Positions 59,817 through 64,000 of a DNA stretch of 64,000 nucleotides are shown here, piece by piece. Made by a program: the position numbers and the translations under genes. The stretch comes from Phycisphaerales bacterium (lineage in GTDB: Bacteria > Planctomycetota > Phycisphaerae > WQYP01). The notes below the pieces were generated by a model. The model was not told the origin of the DNA. It was given only the letters and a program-made list of their open reading frames with translations, and searched no databases. The stretch lies in the NCBI GenBank assembly GCA_027451365.1, contig DAIDJN010000026.1, positions 31,404 to 95,403 on the forward strand. Reading direction: 5' to 3'. Every line of letters begins with the position of its first letter. Within the stretch, counting starts at the first letter, position 1.

Positions 59817-60197
59817 ATGCTAAAATGCGGAGAATGCGGGGTTACAATATCTGATGCAGAGGCTAAAAATCCGCTGGACGGCCGTAAGTTATGTATCGCT
59901 TGCTTTGCGCGGTGGAGTATGACGCACCAAGTCCCGGTGCCGGCGGGCACAGCCATTCCGGATTATTCCGTGATCCGGTTGGTTGGCGGTGCCATGCGCG
60001 CTATTGGTGTTCTTGCAGCGGGCATGGGTGGAGCGGCGTTGTTGGCCGACATTGCAATGCATTTTCTTGGCGTAAACAACATTCCCACGCTGGTGTTGGC
60101 CTGCATATACGGGGTTTTGTTTGGCACGGCTCTGGCTGTTGCCGGCGAACTGTTGCTGATACTTCGCGATGTAACGCGAAAATATTTGCGCCGGTGA
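59817..60197 (+). CDS. Hypothetical zinc-ribbon membrane protein
   Basis: MLKCGECG...CIAC, followed by two TM helices (AIGVLAAGMGGAALLADIAM, LVLACIYGVLFGTALAVAGELLLIL). Confidence 0.5.
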   Translation: MLKCGECGVTISDAEAKNPLDGRKLCIACFARWSMTHQVPVPAGTAIPDYSVIRLVGGAMRAIGVLAAGMGGAALLADIAMHFLGVNNIPTLVLACIYGVLFGTALAVAGELLLILRDVTRKYLRR

Positions 60198-60319
60198 ATT
60201 TATCCGCAGCCGACATTTTACCCTGTAGGGAAACCCGCGTTGCATACGACTAAAATCATGCATTGGCGGCAATCGGCTGGCCGCGGCACTGCTTTCAGGA
60301 CCAGACTTAGGAGCACAGA

Positions 60320-60841
60320 ATGACCAACAGCGTAAAACAGGAACTGGCGGATTTCGGTTCAGGCTGCTTCTGGGGCACCGAAGCTGTGTTCCGCAAAGTT
60401 GCCGGTGTGCTGGATGTAAAAGTCGGCTATGAAGGCGGCGAGTTGGCCAACCCGACCTATCGGGAGGTCTGCACCGATACCACCGGCCACGCCGAGGTGG
60501 TGCAAATTACATTTAATCCGGCGGTGGTCAGTTATGCCCAACTGCTGAACATCTTTTTTGAAAATCATGATCCAACCACCCCCAACCAGCAAGGCCCGGA
60601 CTACGGTTCGCAGTACCGCAGCGTGGTGTTTTACCATTCGCCCGAACAGCAGAAACTTGCCGAGGCGGAAAAGGCCTTGCGCGATAAAAGCGGAGATTAC
60701 GTGGGACCCATTGTGACACACATTGAACCTGCCCGAGCATTTTATCCCGCGGAAGAATACCACCAGCGATACTTTGAAAAACAGGGGGTGAACTATTCCT
60801 GTCACCTGGGCAACGGCAAAAAAACCAGCCGCAGGAGTTAA
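60320..60841 (+). CDS. msrA: Peptide-methionine (S)-S-oxide reductase MsrA
   Basis: 173 aa. Motifs GSGCFWGTEAVF, GHAEVVQITFNP and DPTTPNQQGPDYGSQYRS. Confidence 0.95.
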   Translation: MTNSVKQELADFGSGCFWGTEAVFRKVAGVLDVKVGYEGGELANPTYREVCTDTTGHAEVVQITFNPAVVSYAQLLNIFFENHDPTTPNQQGPDYGSQYRSVVFYHSPEQQKLAEAEKALRDKSGDYVGPIVTHIEPARAFYPAEEYHQRYFEKQGVNYSCHLGNGKKTSRRS

Positions 60842-61298
60842 TGTGAAAAGCCGGCATGCAAAGGCGTTACCACAATATATTTATGGGAATTGCCCAGCAG
60901 CAGATCCACCACTGATTCCTGTTCCTGCATTGTCTCTATTTCCCGCCGGGCCAGCGGCCAAAGCGCGTGCAGAGCCATGCGTCCCACAAAATGGGATGCA
61001 ATAGCCGGAAGAACCATGATTCCCGCGGAACCAGTAAGCAGAAATCGCGACGGTTGGCGAAGGCTATTTATGGCGGCCCTGTGCGCACGGCTCGGTTCCG
61101 GCACAAACTGTATTTCGTCAATAGCGATCGGTCCATCCAACCGGGTTAGAAATCCCTCCGGGTCTGCCTGGGCGAATGCCCGCACAGCACCTGCAATAGC
61201 GTGCTTTTCCCAGCCTGGCGCGACCCTTGGATATAGACTGTGGGCCTGTCGGCCAGAGCGGCCTCTATGAAACTGCTGACTGCGCGACGAATCAACAT
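60838..61298 (-). pseudogene. Frameshifted and 3'-truncated AAA+ ATPase (DUF4143-family type)
   Basis: N-terminal frame: MLIRRAVSSFIEAALADRPTVYIQGSRQAGKSTLLQ. A frame change occurs near 61190-61200. The second frame reads ...DPEGFLTRLDGPIAIDEIQFVPE...RFLLTGSAG...GRMALHALWPLARREIE and stops at 60838. The total is about 160 aa, where I recall this family being around 400 aa. Confidence 0.7.
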
Positions 61299-61611
61299 AA
61301 AGGCGTTGCAACCCTTAATATGGTGTAATTTCAACCACATAGTGGCTGAAATTCGTTTTTTATGGTTGAATTTCAGCCGAAACTAAACCGGGTTTCCAGC
61401 AGGCGCGTTCAATGTTGTGGAAGTGGTATCTTGCGGCTTTAACTGCCATTACCGCATCGCAGAGTTATAACGCCCGCTCTATTGCCGCTGTGCAGCAATT
61501 GGCACGCGGCCTGTTTTGCGGATATTCTGGTCCGCCCGGGCGAATGATTCTGGGCCAGCGTACCGGCAACGCGAATGGTCTGGTTTCACCGCCATGGTTC
61601 GGAGAATGTGT

Positions 61612-62577
61612 ATGGCCGATGTGCCGCTGGTATCCGTTGTTATTCCAACCTACAACAGCCCGGACTATCTTATTCAGACTCTGGAAACTGTGCTGGCCCA
61701 AACCTTTACAAATTATGAAATAGTCATCATTAATGATGGCAGCACCGACAACACCGCCGCGCGGCTGGAACCTTATAAGGACCGGATTCGCCTGATTACG
61801 CAGCCCAATGGCGGCATTGGCGTGGCGCGCAACCGCGGCATCGATGAAGCCCGTGGAAAATATGTCGCGCTGCTGGACCATGACGACCTGTGGATGCCCG
61901 AAAAGCTGCGATTTCAGGTGGATTTTTATCAGCGGCATCCGGAATGTTCCATGGTGGTGGTGCCGCACAGCAATACCGATTCACCCAATGAAAAATGTTA
62001 TAACCTCAAACTGGCCAGACGGAACGGCGGCCTGATAAACCGCCCGCTGAAGGAAGCAAGGCGTTCGCACAATCGGCTGATTATGCAGACTTCCGGAATT
62101 ATGTTTGAGAAAGCCCGCGCCGACGGCCTGCGTTTTGAAACCCGCCGCGGCTGCATGGAAGATGTCCCGTTTTTTCTGGGCATGTTCGGTCGCGGACCGG
62201 TGGGCGTGGCGGGTGACAAGCCGCTGATGCTTTATCGGCGGCACACCGGCAGTTATTCCCAGCGCGCGGACTTCTGGTTTGAAGGCATGAAAAGGCTGCG
62301 GGAACTTGACGCCCAGGGGCGCTTCCATGAAATAACCGGTGTCAACCGCACGGACCTGGATAAACGACTGGCGGTGATGGCGCAAAAATTCGCGGTTATC
62401 GTCAAAAACATCGGCTGCTTTTCAGAAGCGATGGAGATGTACCGCGCCGAAAAGCCATTTCAGTTGCGGCAGAGGCAATTCGGCTTTCTGATCGCCTTTC
62501 CCGTGCGGGTCTGGCTGGCGAAATGGAAAACCGGTGGAAAACGCCATCGGCCTGCGAGTGCCTTAAAATCAGATTGA
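61612..62577 (+). CDS. Glycosyltransferase family 2
   Basis: VSVVIPTYNSPDYLIQTLETVLAQTFTNYEIVIINDGSTDNT and LDHDDLW. ATG 61612 has GGAG 7 nt upstream. Confidence 0.88.
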   Translation: MADVPLVSVVIPTYNSPDYLIQTLETVLAQTFTNYEIVIINDGSTDNTAARLEPYKDRIRLITQPNGGIGVARNRGIDEARGKYVALLDHDDLWMPEKLRFQVDFYQRHPECSMVVVPHSNTDSPNEKCYNLKLARRNGGLINRPLKEARRSHNRLIMQTSGIMFEKARADGLRFETRRGCMEDVPFFLGMFGRGPVGVAGDKPLMLYRRHTGSYSQRADFWFEGMKRLRELDAQGRFHEITGVNRTDLDKRLAVMAQKFAVIVKNIGCFSEAMEMYRAEKPFQLRQRQFGFLIAFPVRVWLAKWKTGGKRHRPASALKSD

Positions 62578-62582
62578 AGACT

Positions 62583-63500
62583 ATGAACAGGCCGCTCTAT
62601 ATTGGCGGCGGAAAAGGATTGAACTTGATGCGTAAACTATGGAAATCGTTCTCTTTGCAACTTCCACCCCGGCGCAAGGATATAAACAGGAGCGCCGAGA
62701 AGCTCGGCGGAACGGCTGCCAATATCCTGCGCACAAATCAGGAACTCTTTCTGATCAAGCTGCTAAAATCAGAGCGGTATCAGGACCCGCGACGGCTGGC
62801 CCACTTTGAACATCAGGTTTATTCCCAGAATGGCGAAGACGGTATTCTGGCGGAAATATTTAAACGCGTCGGCGCGACCAGCCGCACGTTTGTGGAAATC
62901 GGCGTTGGCGACGGACGGGAAAACAACACCGCAATGCTTCTTGCGGGCGGCTGGAGCGGATTATGGCTGGAAGGGGACCGAAAATGTGCCAGCGCTATCC
63001 GCAATCATTTTGCGGCGCTGTTGACCTCCGGTAAACTCAAATTGACGGAAGGATTTATTACCGCGGAAAATGTCTCCGGCATGCTGGCCCAGGCGGGCAC
63101 GCCTGTGGAAATGGATCTGCTGTCCGTGGATATAGACCGTAATACCTATTACATCTGGGAAGCCCTGGCAGAATATAAGCCGCGTGTGCTGGTGGTTGAA
63201 TACAATGCCACCATGCCTGCGAGCCTGGACTGGAAGGTGGAATATCGCGCCAACGAGTGGTTTGACGGAAGTTTTTATTATGGTGCCAGCCTGAAGGCCT
63301 ATGAACTGCTGGGGCGGAAACGCGGATATACTCTGGTGGGCTGCGACCTGTGCGGTGTAAACGCTTTCTTTGTACGCGATGACCTGATGGGAGACAGATT
63401 TTCCGGGCCATTTACCGCGGAAAATCATTATGAACCGCCGCGTTACTGGCTCATCCGAACCCTGGGACATCCGCGCGGTTTCGGCGAATTCCACAAATAG
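62583..63500 (+). CDS. Putative SAM-dependent methyltransferase (FkbM-like)
   Basis: YSQNGEDGILAEIFKRVGATSRTFVEIGVGDGRENNT is a pattern seen in FkbM-type methyltransferases of glycan clusters. The ATG at 62583 follows the GT2 stop. Confidence 0.55.
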   Translation: MNRPLYIGGGKGLNLMRKLWKSFSLQLPPRRKDINRSAEKLGGTAANILRTNQELFLIKLLKSERYQDPRRLAHFEHQVYSQNGEDGILAEIFKRVGATSRTFVEIGVGDGRENNTAMLLAGGWSGLWLEGDRKCASAIRNHFAALLTSGKLKLTEGFITAENVSGMLAQAGTPVEMDLLSVDIDRNTYYIWEALAEYKPRVLVVEYNATMPASLDWKVEYRANEWFDGSFYYGASLKAYELLGRKRGYTLVGCDLCGVNAFFVRDDLMGDRFSGPFTAENHYEPPRYWLIRTLGHPRGFGEFHK

Positions 63501-63538
63501 GCCCGGCGATCAGCCATTTCACGTTGCGCACGCTTAAA

Positions 63539-64000
63539 TCAGCGCGGTTTCGCCGCCTCAAGAACCATCATTTCGGCCAATTGTTCAAACGACACGCGAG
63601 GCCGCCACCCCAACTCCCGCAGACGCTGCGGATCGGATACGAGCCGGGGATATTCCGCGCGGAAACCCGGAATGGCTCGCACATAACTCCGCCAGTCTCG
63701 CCCAATGCAGGCAAAACATGCTGCGACCCATTCTTCAATTGTTAGCCCGATTCCCGAGCCGATGACCGCTTCATGAACCGTGTCCTGATTCACCAGAGCA
63801 TAAATGGCCGCCGCCGTGTCGCCGGCAAATGTCCATTCCTTGGCTACAGCCAGATCGCCGATTTCAATAACCTTTTGGGTTCCGGCCGCGATCGCGGCCA
63901 CTCCGGAAGCGACCATCTGGCTGACATGCCTTGGCGACCGAAGCGGACTTTCATGATGGAACAGATATCCCACATATGTCCGGATTTTCAGGGATCGATA
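63539..64000 (-). CDS. gmd: GDP-mannose 4,6-dehydratase-like NAD-dependent dehydratase (C-terminal part; gene continues beyond the window)
   Basis: GYLFHHESPLRSPRHVSQ parallels the GILFNHESPRRG motif. C-terminal DPQRLRELGWRPRVSFEQLAEMMV. The frame stays open to position 64000. Confidence 0.75.
   Translation of the reverse strand, partial: YRSLKIRTYVGYLFHHESPLRSPRHVSQMVASGVAAIAAGTQKVIEIGDLAVAKEWTFAGDTAAAIYALVNQDTVHEAVIGSGIGLTIEEWVAACFACIGRDWRSYVRAIPGFRAEYPRLVSDPQRLRELGWRPRVSFEQLAEMMVLEAAKPR

Noticed and set aside
1-64000. Scan for rRNA, tRNA (T-loop GGTTCGAATCC-like motifs), tmRNA ends, CRISPR-like regular repeats, transposases and integrases
   Set aside because: I found none by eye in the intergenic regions or the ORF translations. 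A covariance-model scan (tRNAscan-SE or Infernal) would be needed to be certain about small RNAs.

Overview
High-GC bacterial chromosomal segment (high-50s % by eye). Gene content looks like the PVC group, probably Planctomycetota/Phycisphaerae-like. This is inferred from a DUF1559-type pseudopilin with an H-X9-DG motif, two PEP-CTERM proteins, a MoxR/DUF58/BatA operon and many long intergenic gaps. All family calls come from motif recognition by eye; no BLAST or HMM search was possible. I support about 50 CDS. Housekeeping genes: clpC, pyrC, acs, atpC, tatC, lysS, heme O synthase, msrA, a LolCDE-like ABC pair, and a UbiA/UbiX/UbiE quinone cluster. There is also a Pat-like acetyltransferase, a five-gene MoxR-DUF58-VWA operon ending in a 1182-aa coiled-coil membrane protein, and the start of a glycan cluster (GT2, methyltransferase, gmd). 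I found no rRNA, tRNA, CRISPR array, transposase or integrase. The clearest accessory region is 22.7-27.4 kb, between pyrC and a GH2 hydrolase and visibly more AT-rich. It holds two paralogous ORFs that keep only the terminal RHS-core motif, fused to unrelated C-terminal domains. Each is followed by tightly coupled small or membrane ORFs (candidate immunity genes), and no RHS shell or delivery machinery lies in the window. Other items worth a second look: a single-chain double retropepsin-like PEP-CTERM protein, a SWIM-finger/LigE-type minimal DNA ligase fusion, a two-Cys DksA-like protein with a lysine-rich tail, a TatC with a large loop insertion, an orphan atpC, and several short repeats.
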